Positions 1 through 10,677 are shown, counted from the stretch's first letter. The stretch: 64,000 nt of DNA from Prasinococcaceae sp. CCMP 1430 (GCA_013416795.1 RQSC01001393.1:11368-75367), one strand, 5' to 3'. The notes: a model not told the origin generated them from the sequence alone. Numbers and translations are program-made.

Positions 1-41
1 CTTCCACATGCGCGCTCGGGCACCCACCGATCCATCCGCAG

Positions 42-139
42 GTGATGCACGGCCGCTTCGCCATGCTTGCCGTGACTGGCGTGTTCACCGGCGGTGCGTG
101 AGCGCGCGGCGAAGCGCGCCCACGTCGGCGCGCGCGGCC

Positions 140-176
<37 letters not shown>

Positions 177-1015
177 CGACCGAGCGCGCTTTGCTGGCGA
201 GTGCATACATCTGACGCCACCGAGCGCACGCGCTCCTCGCGTGCGTGGCGTGCGCGAACAGAGTGCTACTCGGGCGTCCCCTGGTGGGAGGCCGGCTCGC
301 TGTGCACCCCCGATGACTGCACGCAGATCACCTACGCGCTCCCGGGCGGCCCCGCGTCGCTCGCGCCCGAGGGCTCCGGCTTCCCCAGCTACTGGATCGT
401 GCTCGCCGTCGAGATCCTGCTCATGGGCGCCGTCGAGTCGTACCGCACCGGCCTGTCCGAGAACCCCTTCCCGGAGCTTGACGTGAGCGAGGTGAGTGCG
501 ACGCGCGGGCGCGCGCGCTCTCGCGTGCCTGCTCGCGTGCCACCCGTGCGACGCTGACACGATGGCGCCGTGGCCACCCGTTCCGTCGCTCGCGCGCGCG
601 CGCCGCGCCATGCAGCTCCCGTACCCGGGCGGCCGCTTCGACCCGCTCAGCCTGGCCGAGTCGCAGGACCTCGATGAGCTCAAGGTCAAGGAGCTCAAGC
701 ACTGCCGGTGCGTGGTGCCGTCGTGCGCTCGCAAGCGCGGGTGGTCAGGCCGGCGTGACCCATGCGCGAGCGCGGTCGGAACGCCGCGACCGCGTGCAAG
801 CTCGCGCCCGCCTGTGCGTGCGTGTGCGCATACGTGCGCTGACTCCCGGATGCGGCGCAACCCCGCGCTCTGCCAGCCTCGCGATGGGCGCGTGGCTCGG
901 CTGCGTGGCCCAGGCCATCACCACGCAGAAGGGTGCCTACACCAACCTCATCGAGCACCGCGCGGATGCCATCCACAACAACCTTATCAGCGCGGAGTAC
1001 GCCCCGTGGTTCTAA
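42..1015 (+). CDS. Light-harvesting chlorophyll a/b-binding (LHC family) protein, 5' partial
   Basis: Spliced exons 42-93, 262-491, 616-707 and 877-1015, all with GT-AG boundaries. They give VMHGRFAMLAV (helix 1), PWWEAG, VEILLMGAVESYR (helix 2), YPGGRFDPLSLA and ELKHCRLAMGAWLG (helix 3), then TAA. The 5' exons lie before the window. Confidence 0.95.
141..175 (+). repeat. Poly-C homopolymer in LHC intron
   Basis: About 35 consecutive C residues inside intron 94-261. Confidence 0.9.
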
Positions 1016-1089
1016 GCTGCTGCTTCTGTACACAGCGCGCGCGCTGGGTGACCGGCGCGGAGTGTGCGGAGCTCAGCGCCGGCGGCGCA

Positions 1090-1094
1090 TGTAA
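1090..1094 (+). promoter_or_regulatory. TGTAA polyadenylation-type signal
   Basis: TGTAA lies 75 nt after the LHC stop. The same pentamer follows the mitochondrial carrier stop (7804-7808) and the SmE stop (10444-10448). UGUAA is the established chlorophyte poly(A) signal. Confidence 0.55.
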
Positions 1095-1355
1095 AGGGTT
1101 TAATTGGGCAGCTGGCGAGCCGATGCGCGGAGCGACTCCCCACTCCAGGCACCGCGTGTCCGGCCATGTGCCGACGCGCGTCGGCGCGCAGCCCACACAC
1201 ATCCCCTCGCGCGCGCGCGCGAGGACGTGTGCGCGTCTTGTCCTGGTGTGTCATTATCACGCGCGAGTTGCGGGCGGCCCCGGGCGCCCCGTCCGCCCCT
1301 CGCACTGCTATCGTACTGCTACAACGCGGGGCGCCACCCGCCGCGCGGCCAGCGC

Positions 1356-2143
1356 TCACTTCTTGGCGGCCGCGGCGCCCTTGGCCGCCTTGGCCTTGGG
1401 CGCAGTTTTCTTGAAGAGGGGGGCGTTCTTCAACATGTCGGGGATGACCAGCCATCTGCGGCGCGCGGTCGGCAGCGCGGCGTCAGCACGAGAGCGCGCA
1501 TACCGGCACGGCCCACACGCAACTTCGGACGCCGGTTGAGGTTGGGACGTGCGCGGGCGCACGGGCCGGCCTGGGCCCTGGCGGGCCTGCCCTGCTCGAC
1601 TGCAGCCAACCCTAAGGAGCACCGCCCGTCCGCTCCTCCCGCTCGCGCGCGCGCGCGGCGCACCTGATTTTGCTGCCGCGGATGAACACGTGCTCCAGCT
1701 GTGTGATGCGACCGTCCTGCGGGGCGCAGCGCGGCAGCGGCAGCGGCGCGCGTGGTGCGGGAGGCGGAGGAGCGCGTCAGCAGGCGCAGCGCGAGATGCG
1801 AGCACCGGCTGCCTGAACCGCACGCCAGCCAGCGGCGCGCGGGCGCATTGCGCAAACGCGCCCGCGGTGCCGCGCTGTTGGGGCGCGGCGGGCGCGTAGC
1901 GACCCACGCGAAAGGATGTCTCACCCTCGCGCGCCGCGCCCGCCCCGCCCCACTCGCCCACACCGCCTCGCCCGCGCGCCCGCTCACCCTGTGCGTGCAC
2001 GACGCCGTCCCGATCTGCACGTTCCAGTTGTCCTCGGCCTCGATGAGCGTGCCGCGGTAGGCCTCGCCGCTCTTCAGCTCGCAGGTGACCACGTGGCCCT
2101 CGGCCTCGTGGAGCATCTTGACGGGCACGCCGATCGACGGCAT
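1356..2143 (-). CDS. SNRPD3: Small nuclear ribonucleoprotein Sm D3
   Basis: Exons 2143-1988, 1716-1664 and 1455-1356 translate to [44 protein letters not shown]...[33 protein letters not shown], a classic SmD3. Confidence 0.96.
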
Positions 2144-2271
2144 CGCGGCCCACGACGCGGCGGCGGCGCAGTGGTGTGTGTGTCGGCGAGCGAAAACGCG
2201 CGCGCTCTGCCGCCCCGGGGACGCCACCGCCGCCACCGCCGCCCTCGGTCGTTCGCCCTAGCTCGGTGGGC

Positions 2272-2298
2272 TTTTTTTTTTTTTTTTTTTTTTTTTTT
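2272..2298 (+). repeat. Poly-T tract in the SmD3/SF3B2 divergent intergenic region
   Basis: About 27 consecutive T residues in otherwise GC-rich DNA. Confidence 0.9.
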
Positions 2299-2525
2299 AC
2301 TCTTCCAAGGGTCGGTTGGCGTGCGATTTGATGGCTGCGGCGGCGGCGGCGGCGGGGCCGCTTCCGAGCTAGCTAGGGCGCGAGTGGGGGCCACCGCCGG
2401 CGCGCACGCCGCCACTCGGGGGGCGCGGGGCGCAGGGAGGGAGGGGCGGGGGAGGGAGGGGCGCGGTCCCCTCCTTTGTCCCGGCGGCGCCTCTCCCATC
2501 GCCTGCGGACGCGGTCCCGCCAGCG

Positions 2526-4763
2526 ATGGCGCCCGCGGCGGTGCAGAAGATGAAGGTGGCCGAGCTGCGCGCGGAGCTCAAGAGGCGCGGGTTGGACGCC
2601 TCGGGGCTCAAGGCAGCGCTCGTGGCGCGGCTGAAGGAGGCAATGGAAGCCGAGGACGGCGCGGACGCAGGGGGTGGTGGGGGTGGCGACGCGCAAGACG
2701 CGGGCGTGCAGGATGCACCCCCCGAGCCCGCGGCCCAAGCAGAGGCCGCCGCATCGGAGGAGCCCGTTGCCCCAAGCGCTCCAGCGCCCGCCACCGATCC
2801 ACCACCTGCCATAGCCACCGCCACCGGCCCCGACGCCCCTGGCACGCCGGCATCCGCAGCCCCCGACGCCCCCGACGCTCTCGCCGCAGCCCCAGCCCCC
2901 GCAAAGGCAGCTGCGCCCGCGGCGAAGCCGCCCGTGACCGGCAAGCGCCTCTCTAAGAACGAGAAGCTCAAGCTGCGACGCGCAGCGAAGAAGGCGGCGA
3001 AGCGCGGAGCGGCGGCGCCCGCGGCTCAGAACGGCGGCGCGGCCGCGGCGCGCGCGGCACCGCTCACGGTCGCGCCGTCTGTCGGATCTGCGCCCTCGGA
3101 CGAGGGTGTCGACTATGTGGCGGTGCTGCCAGAGGTGCCGGTGGAGAGTGCGACCGATGAGCAGCAGCGTGCGGCATTCGAGGAGCTCAGGAAGGCGATG
3201 GGCCGCTTCGGCGGCGCCGATCCAGACGCGGAGGCCGCCGCCGCCGCCGCGGAGGCCGAGGCGGCCGAGGCTGCGGCCGCCGCGGCGGGCGGTGCAAGCG
3301 CGGGTGTCCAGGGCGACGAGGCGGCGGAGGGCGGGTCAGACTCAGACTCGGACTCGGACGCGGAGGACGCCAAGGGTACCAAGGGGGACGGCATGTCAAA
3401 CAAGCAGCGCAAGATGGCTGCGCGATTGAAGATCGCCGACCTGAAGGCCAAGTGCCGCCGACCGGAGGTCGTCGAGGCCTGGGACGTGACAGCGCCCGAC
3501 CCGCGCACGCTCGTGTACCTGAAGTCGTACCGCAACGTGGTGCCCGTGCCGACGCACTGGTCGGCGCGGCGCAAGTACCTGCAGGGCAAGCGCGGCATCG
3601 AGAAACCGCCCTTTGAGCTCCCCGACTTCATCAAGGCGACGGGCATTGACAAGATCCGGCAGGCGTATGGAGACAAAGAGGCCGAGAAGGGCCTCAAGGC
3701 CAAGACGCGCGACAGACGCGCGCCCAAGATGGGCGCGATGGACATCGACTACGCTGTGCTGCACGACGCCTTTTTCAAGTATCAGACGAAGCCACCGCTC
3801 GAGACTTTCGGCGATGTTTACTTCGAGGGAAAGGAGTTCGATGCCCAGCTGACAAACAAGCGGCCGGGGCAGCTGTCTGCCGAGCTCATGGCCGCGCTGG
3901 GCATGGCCGAGGGAGCCCCGCCGCCATGGCTCATAAACATGCAGCGCCACGGCATGCCGCCCAGCTACCCGCTGCTGAAGATACCCGGGCTGTCGGCGCC
4001 GCTGCCGCCGGGCGCGCAGTACGGCTACCACGCTGGCGGGTGGGGCAAGCCGCCGGTAGACGAGCGCGGGACGCCGCTCTACGGAGACGTGTTCGGCACG
4101 GTGGCCGCCGAGGCCGCCGCGCGCGCCACCGAGGAGCCGGTCGACAAGACCTCGCGCTGGGGCGACCTGCGTATCGACTCGGACTCGGAGTCGGAGAGCG
4201 AGTCTGAGGACGACAGCGATGAGGAGAAGGAGGAGGATGACGCCGGCGGGCTCACCGAAGATCAGATCGCCGCGGGCACGGCGTCGGGCATAGCGTCGAG
4301 CGTCGCCGCCGGGCTCGAAACGCCCGACGTGCTCGATCTGCGCAAGAAGGCCGCGCCGCAGCAGTTGTACACCGTGCTCGAGCAGCGGGAGGCCAGCGTG
4401 GGCGGCGCGATGATGGGTTCGAGCCACACGTACGTCGTGCCCGGCAAAGACGGCGCGCCAGCGGGCGGCGCGGCGGCGGGCGGTGGGCTGAGCGCGGGCG
4501 CGGCGGCCGCGCGGGTGGCGCAGGGCGTCATGGGCGCCGCGGCGGCGATGGGGGACATCGAGGTCAACCTGCGCCCCGAGGATCTCGAGGGGCTCGACCA
4601 GGCGGGCATCGAACGCCTGTACGCGCAGCGGCAGGCCGAGCTGCGCGGCGGTCGCGAGGACTTCTCCGACCTCGTGCGTGAGAACGCCAAGCGCAAGCGC
4701 GAGGGCGACGACAAGGCGGCCAAGGCCAAGAAGAAGAAGGCCGCGGACGACTTCAAGTTCTGA
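2526..4763 (+). CDS. SF3B2: Splicing factor 3B subunit 2 (SAP145/Cus1)
   Basis: 745-aa intronless ORF with an N-terminal SAP domain (KMKVAELRAELKRRGLDASGLKAALVARL). It carries the conserved core VEAWDVTAPDPRTLVYLKSYRNVVPVPTHW...KYLQGKRGIEKPPF, the PSP region PPPWLINMQRHGMPPSYP, and C-terminal FKF. Confidence 0.97.
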   Translation: MAPAAVQKMKVAELRAELKRRGLDASGLKAALVARLKEAMEAEDGADAGGGGGGDAQDAGVQDAPPEPAAQAEAAASEEPVAPSAPAPATDPPPAIATATGPDAPGTPASAAPDAPDALAAAPAPAKAAAPAAKPPVTGKRLSKNEKLKLRRAAKKAAKRGAAAPAAQNGGAAAARAAPLTVAPSVGSAPSDEGVDYVAVLPEVPVESATDEQQRAAFEELRKAMGRFGGADPDAEAAAAAAEAEAAEAAAAAAGGASAGVQGDEAAEGGSDSDSDSDAEDAKGTKGDGMSNKQRKMAARLKIADLKAKCRRPEVVEAWDVTAPDPRTLVYLKSYRNVVPVPTHWSARRKYLQGKRGIEKPPFELPDFIKATGIDKIRQAYGDKEAEKGLKAKTRDRRAPKMGAMDIDYAVLHDAFFKYQTKPPLETFGDVYFEGKEFDAQLTNKRPGQLSAELMAALGMAEGAPPPWLINMQRHGMPPSYPLLKIPGLSAPLPPGAQYGYHAGGWGKPPVDERGTPLYGDVFGTVAAEAAARATEEPVDKTSRWGDLRIDSDSESESESEDDSDEEKEEDDAGGLTEDQIAAGTASGIASSVAAGLETPDVLDLRKKAAPQQLYTVLEQREASVGGAMMGSSHTYVVPGKDGAPAGGAAAGGGLSAGAAAARVAQGVMGAAAAMGDIEVNLRPEDLEGLDQAGIERLYAQRQAELRGGREDFSDLVRENAKRKREGDDKAAKAKKKKAADDFKF

Positions 4764-4795
4764 TGGCACGTATACAATATTAATCCACAACCGTG

Positions 4796-5528
4796 TCACA
4801 TGACAACGCACGCCGAGTCTCCGTCGCTCGCGGCGCCCTCGACGCGCCCCACGAGCAGCTTCTCCCACAGGCCCTTCGCGCGCTCCGAGTGGAAGCCGAA
4901 GTCCTCCGAGCTGTCCTTGCCCGCGTGCCGCAAGATGGCCTGCGCGCCAGCAGGGTGGCTACTCAGGAAGCTGTGCGAGGGCGCGAGTGGGTCAGCCCTC
5001 CGCCATCCCAAACCGACAACGCACGCACATGCGCCGGCCGTCACCGCGCGATGGCGTGAAGGCACGTGCGCGCGCGCGCGCGCGCGCGCGCGCTCACCTG
5101 GTGACGTCGTACACCTTGCCGTTTGCGACGAGCCAGCAATCATCCGGGGACGAGTGCTGCGCGACCTGCATTCGCTCGGAACGACGGCGCACGGCGCGGC
5201 AGTCGCGCTCGAGTCAGCGCAAGGGAGAGGGCGGAGGGGGCGCGAGCTCAAGCAGAGGGGCCGAATGGGCGGCAGTCGCAGTCGGAGGTCCGCGCTGCAT
5301 GCCACGCACCTCCTCCATAGTGTACACGGCCAGGCCTGCGCCGCGCTTGGCAGACGCTCGCTGGTCGGTTTCGTCGAGGTTCGCGGCGCGCTCGGCGAGC
5401 GCCGCACGCTGATCCTCGTAGGGCGGGCTGCGCGACAGCCTGCCGTTGTCCTGAGCCGGGAGCGGCTGCGCGACATGGCTGAGGCGCCGGACGCTCGCGC
5501 GCGCTCGCGCTCGGGCGTTCGAGCCCAT
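4796..5528 (-). CDS. Cytochrome b5-like heme-binding domain protein ending in a CaaX motif
   Basis: Exons about 5528-5310, 5165-5098 and 4970-4796 give YTMEE/VAQHSSPDDCWLVANGKVYDVT/SFLSSHPAGAQAILRHAGKDSSEDFGFHS...CVVM*. Both heme-ligand histidines are present. The start codon is uncertain. Confidence 0.88.
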
Positions 5529-6090
5529 GCCGGCGCGCAGCGCGAGCGCGGGGGCGCGCGGCTACCTCCCAGCCGCCGGCGCCCGCGCGCTCCTTCTTCG
5601 AACCCGAGCCCGCGCTCCCTGAGCTGTATCGCGCCTCCGATTGGCGTCTCCTGACCCTGCCGCGCGGCGTCGCCACCACCGCCGCGCCAAGTACAGTCGG
5701 TCGATTGCCACGTCAATGCGTGTATCACACTCGAGCGATGCACGGGCGAGTGCATCANCGGCGCGCGCCCCGCCGGCGGGCGCGCGGTGTGGCCCCCGGA
5801 CCCTCCACCCCCTCCTCCCCCCGGTCGCGGCGGAAGGGGCCAGGGGCCGCAAGGCAAGGGGGGTGAGGCAGGGAGCGAGGGCGAGGGGGAGGCGAGGGGG
5901 AGGCGAGGCGGCGCCAGCCACCCCCACCCCGCGCGAGCCGCGCGCGGGGCGCCCGCTCGCCGACACCCCCAAACGGAATCCGCTCCTCTCAAAACCAAAT
6001 CCCATCCAACGTCGCACGTACACTGTACGTACCATCATTTTTCATCAAACGGTGGATTCCGAATTCCGATTCCTCACTCGCCGCACGTCG

Positions 6091-6201
6091 CATCGCATCG
6101 CATCGCATCGCGAGCGCGCGCGAGCCGCCGCGCCAACCCCCCCCCGCGCAATTGGTGGGCGGCGTCGAATGCGATCTGATCTGATCTGATCTGATCTGAT
6201 C
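6091..6201 (+). repeat. Pentanucleotide microsatellites (CATCG)4 and (GATCT)5
   Basis: (CATCG)x4 at 6091-6110 and (GATCT)x5 plus GATC at 6173-6201, within an AT-richer divergent intergenic island. Confidence 0.85.
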
Positions 6202-6719
6202 GGGGGCCCAACGACGCGAACGGACGCTGCAATTGCAGGGTACGAAGGAAGGCACGCACGCGCGGGCTTGAAACGGCTCGTTTTCATCCGCCCATCCAAA
6301 AACGCGCTCTGCCGAATGGACGGCAATACGCACGTTCTCCCCCGAGTGAATATCAAATTCAATTTTGATACCGTACGCGACCCAACGCAATGAGGAATGA
6401 GCTCTCGAGGTCACTCCTCACTGATGCGCGCAACGCGAGGTGGGATTTGATGGTCGCGACGCGGCGCGGCGCGCCCTCGTAGGGTTCCGGGTGGGATTTT
6501 TTGGCGGGGTTGGGGTTCGTTGCGCCGTGACTGCCTTCAATTACATTGCCTTCCGAGCCAAATCCGAACCCTGTGCGCTCGGCCCTCGCGCTCTTTTTGC
6601 GTGCGCGGGTGCAGGGCGCGCGCGCGCCCCTGCGCGGGGGCAGCAGGCCGCGCTCCTCGCGCTCCCTCGCGCCTCGCCCCCCGCGCGTCCCACGTCCCGC
6701 TCCTCTGCGCCTGACGCAG

Positions 6720-7778
6720 CAGGCGCCGGCGCCCGCCGGCGCGGCGCGGCCGGCGCACCGGCAGCTCTCCACCGCGTACATCGCCGCGCGCGACCTGACG
6801 TCCGGCGGCGTGGCTGGCTGTGTCAACGTTTTCTTCGGCCACCCGTTCGACACCGTCAAGGTCGTGCAGCAGTCGGCCTTCGCGCCGGGACAGCGGCCGC
6901 TCGGCATCGCGAGGGACATCCTGCGGCGCGAGGGAGTGCGAGGGCTGTACAAAGGCGTGAGCGCGCCACTGTTCGGCTACGGCGGGGACGCAGCCATCAA
7001 CTACGCGGTGTACCAGCTGGGCATGGAGCGAACGCGCGAGTGGAGACAGCGCAGCGCAGCGCACGACGCGGCGGGAATCTACGGCTGCGGCTGTGTCGCG
7101 GGCGTCGCGCTCTCGCTGTGGATCACGCCGCTGGAGCTCGCCAAGACGCAGATGCAGACCCTGCCCGGCGCGACGGGCAACGTGCGCGAGACGTTCGGCT
7201 ACCTGGGACGAACGCTTCGCACCGGCGGCGTGCGGGCCATCTACAGGGGGGCCGGGGCCACCATGCTGCGTGAGGTGCCCGGCAACGGCCTCTTCTTCCT
7301 GTGCTACGAGATGGCGCGCGCGCGCGTCCAGTCGGCCATTTCCGGCTGGGGCCTGAGCGAGCTTGGCAGCGAGATGCTCAGCGCGACCATCCCTGGGGGC
7401 ATCGCGGGCCTGGTCTTCTGGGCGATGGTGCTGCCCGTGGACACCCTCAAGACCAAGCAGCAATCGGTGGGCATGGAGGGCTCCACCATGAGCAGCACAG
7501 CGCGCGCGATTCTCCGCGAGGGCGGCCCGCGCGCATTCTTCGCGGGCTGGCAGCCGCTCATGGCGCGCGCGTTCCCCGCCAATGCCCTGCAGTTCCTGGG
7601 CTACGGTACGAGTGCATCGGCGAGCGAGCGCTCGAGCGCGCACGAGCGCGTGCCGTGCAATGTGCTTACGCGCGCGCCGTCGCCTGCCAACGCGCCCCCA
7701 CCCCCACCCGACTTGTGCGCTCGCTCTACAGAGGTGTGTCGCATCGGCTTCAAACGCACGTTCGAGGAGGAGGGATGA
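6720..7778 (+). CDS. Mitochondrial carrier family (SLC25) protein, carnitine/ornithine-carrier-like
   Basis: Three PX[DE]XX[KR] signatures: HPFDTVK, TPLELAK, LPVDTLK. Also GLYKG and RAFPANA. In-frame intron at 7606-7731. The start is not resolved, because the ORF-track start is TTG. Confidence 0.92.
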   Translation, partial: QAPAPAGAARPAHRQLSTAYIAARDLTSGGVAGCVNVFFGHPFDTVKVVQQSAFAPGQRPLGIARDILRREGVRGLYKGVSAPLFGYGGDAAINYAVYQLGMERTREWRQRSAAHDAAGIYGCGCVAGVALSLWITPLELAKTQMQTLPGATGNVRETFGYLGRTLRTGGVRAIYRGAGATMLREVPGNGLFFLCYEMARARVQSAISGWGLSELGSEMLSATIPGGIAGLVFWAMVLPVDTLKTKQQSVGMEGSTMSSTARAILREGGPRAFFAGWQPLMARAFPANALQFLGYGTSASASERSSAHERVPCNVLTRAPSPANAPPPPPDLCARSTEVCRIGFKRTFEEEG

Positions 7779-8005
7779 GGCGAGACCCCGCACTATTCTT
7801 TTTTGTAATACGGCGCGCGTCTGTTTTGTCGCACAGTGTCGCGTGGATGGGTGGGTGGGTGGGTGGGGTTGGGGACCCAAGGAGCACTCGGCGCCGCGCC
7901 GGCTCACACGCGCGCTGCATGGAGTTGCGTCGTTTCACGTGTCGTATGTTACACTCGCCAGCGCGCGCGCGCGGCGCCCTTTACACATTGCACAAGCGCC
8001 CGCCA

Positions 8006-8684
8006 TCAGCCGCGCGCGACTGCCAGGTCCTCGATGTCGGCCAGAGCCCTGTCGACCGCCGCGCTGCTGCACGCGCCGCCGTTTCGCCGCGGGCGGTTGC
8101 CACCCGTGCGCTCGACCACCAGCTGGCCGCACGCGCCGGCGATGTCGCTGCCCATTTCGCGGCGCACGGTGCAGAAGACGCCGTGCGTGTCCTTGACGAT
8201 CGAGGAGAACTCCTCGATGCGCCCCGGCGGGGGCGAGGTATATCCCATGTAGCCGCCAGCCGCGGTCGCGTTCCACGGAATCACGTTGAGTATAGCCTTG
8301 CGCCCCTTGAGCAGCTCGCCGAGTTGGTGCGCGTGCTCGTCTGCGTCGTTCACCCCGCCGATGAGCACGTACTCGTAGAATATGGTGCCGGCCTTCTCCT
8401 GCGTCTTGCCGCCGGCGCCCTCGGCAGCGGCCTCCGCGCGCGCGCTGTGCTCGTCCACGGCGGCCATGAGCTTTTCGAGGGGATAGGCCTTGGCAGTCGG
8501 CACCAGCTCGAGGCGCAGCTCCTGGTTGGGCGCGTGCAGGCTGAGCGCGAGCGGCACCCCAGGCATGTCGTCGTGCATGCGCTTGATGTTGGGCACGATG
8601 CCCACCGTGGAGACGGAGACGCGGCTTGGAGACATCCGGAAGAGCGATGTGTCCACCATGTCACCCACGGCCGCCACGACGGCC

Positions 8685-8717
<33 letters not shown>

Positions 8718-9274
8718 AATACCACATTGCGTATCTGAGTGCCGGCCTCGCGCGTGGCGTGCACGAGCTGCTCGACGATTTCGCCGGCGCACAGATTGGC
8801 CTTGAGACCCATCGTGCCCGTCGCGCAGAAGGTGCACCCCATCGCACACCCGACCTGAGAGGACACGCACAGCGTGAGTCGCCCGTTGCCTGGCTTGGCG
8901 CCCTCGTAGCGCATGACCACAGCCTCCACAGTTGAGCCGTCCTGCAGCCGCACGAGATGCTTGGCCGTTCCGTCCGCCGACACGGACCGCTCGACCAGCG
9001 TGCTCGTCAGCGGCACAAAGTCCGCTTGCAGCCGCCGCGCCGCGCGAAGCGGCAGCTCCTTCGGCACGAGCCCGCCCCAGCCGCCGCACCACGCGTCGTC
9101 GGCCATGCCTTCGGGCCGCTCTGACTCGGTCGGCAGCACGCCGCCGCGCGCGAGCAGCGCCGCCTGCAGTCGGCGCACTGCGCGCGGCTTGACACCCAGC
9201 TCATCCTCGAGCGCCGCGCGCAGCGCCGGCGTGTCGAACGCCGGCAGCGGCGAGAGCTTGCGCGCGCGCGGCAT
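8006..9274 (-). CDS. rlmN: RlmN-like radical SAM RNA methyltransferase
   Basis: CVSSQVGCAMGCTFCATG (CxxxCxxC), VFMGMGEPLHN (the RlmN-type GEP motif rather than Cfr-type GEA), ALSLHAPNQELR and C-terminal DIAGACGQL. Likely ATG at 9274. Confidence 0.93.
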
Positions 9275-9660
9275 CGCCGCGCGCCACGCCGGCCAGGGAG
9301 GGTCAGCAGAGGACGGCAAGGACGACGGGTTGGCCCCTCGCCTCCCCCCTCCCCCTCTCCCTGGGAGGGGGCGAACCAGGGCACAGGTGCGGTCCCGCCG
9401 CCTCGCGCACGCCGTGTGCCACGCACGCGCCCGCGGCAGCCGCGCGCGGCCCGCCGGCGGCGGCTGCAAGCGTTTTGATGCGCAACCCGCGTGCACAAAA
9501 ACGCCTGCGATTTTGATGGCCGCGGAAGATGAGATCGCCCGTGGGTGACACGAAGGCGCTGGCTCATTGAGCCTCTTTGTCTGGTCACTTTGCATGCAAG
9601 TTTGAACCTTTTTGTGTGTGCCTTTTTTTTGAGGTTTTTTTTTGGCTGCCGCGGGCCCGC

Positions 9661-9764
9661 GGCGACACGCGCGCCGGCGGCAGGCGCCACTCCACGCGCG
9701 CCGCCGCGCCGCAGGCGACACGCGCCGGCGGCAGGCGCCACTCCACGCGCGCCGCCGCGCCGCG
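9661..9764 (+). repeat. Tandem duplication of about 52 bp
   Basis: ggcgacacgc(gc)gccggcggcaggcgccactccacgcgcgccgccgcgccgc occurs twice back to back, at 9661-9713 and 9714-9764, between divergent rlmN and SmE. Confidence 0.85.
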
Positions 9765-9832
9765 CCAAGGCGGGGCGACGAGGACGGCCCCCGCCCTTCC
9801 CCCGGTGCCGTTCACCCCCCCCACCGGTAGCC

Positions 9833-10401
9833 ATGTCGCAGGCCAAGGTGCAGCGCATCATGACGCAGCCGATTAACCTCATCTTCCGCTTCCTGCAGAG
9901 CAAGGCGCGCATTCAGGTGTGGTTGTACGACACGCCGGACATGCGCATCGAGGGCGTCATCGTGGTGCGTGGGGAGTCAGCTGGGGCGCGATGGGGCTGG
10001 ATCGGCGCCGCGTGGCGTGTGCGTGGTGGTGCACGAGCGCGCGCGCCCTGCGCGCGGGAGGGCGCGCGTCGCCGCTGCTAGCGGGCGCCTGCACTCGCGC
10101 GATCGCGGGTACATCCGAGCCAACCCTAAGCACTGCAGCCGACTGACCCGTGCCCACGCCCACGCCCACGCGCCCACGTGCGCATGGTCTCGCCTGCGTC
10201 CGCTGCACTGGACTGTCGATGTGCTCGTCCCCGCCATCGCGCGATCGGCTCTGCCGCGCCCGCGCGCAGGGCTTTGACGAATACATGAACCTGGTGCTTG
10301 ACGCTGCGGAGGAGGTGAGCGTCAAGCGCCAGACACGCAAGAAGGTGGGGCGCATCCTGCTCAAGGGCGACTGCATCACGCTCATGCGCTCGACGCAATG
10401 A
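9833..10401 (+). CDS. SNRPE: Small nuclear ribonucleoprotein Sm E
   Basis: Exons 9833-9964 and 10270-10401 give [32 protein letters not shown]...[21 protein letters not shown]...[12 protein letters not shown]. Confidence 0.97.
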
Positions 10402-10677
10402 GTGCGGCCACGCGCCGCGCTACGCGCGCCTCCTCTGCGCGCCTGTAATTTACACTCACAGGGGTAATAGAACTGGGCTGGGCCGGGGCGCGGTGCGAGG
10501 CGCGGAGTGCAGTCGAGGGCGCGCTCCGTAGGCCATGCTGGCTGGCATCACCGTCGGTCGCATGGGTCGTGCGACGCGAGTGTCTTGTAACCCGGATGAG
10601 GGCAGTTAGGTAGACACATGACTTACAACTTTGGTACACAAGGAGAGAGAGCTGGCATGCTCAGCTGCGGAACGAGC

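Noticed and set aside
5540-5758. Plus-strand open frame (SFFEPEPALPELYRASDWRLL...) running into N 5758
   Set aside because: It has no start codon, splice support or recognisable motif, so it cannot be called a gene.
5996-6449. MITE bounded by CAAATCCCA / TGGGATTTG inverted 9-mers
   Set aside because: The match is only 9 bp, no target-site duplication was seen, and it is equally explained by oriented promoter motifs in a bidirectional promoter.
8006-9274. Cfr-type antibiotic-resistance methyltransferase
   Set aside because: The motif is MGMGEP (RlmN type), not Cfr's MGMGEA. Plant and algal RlmN-like genes are common.
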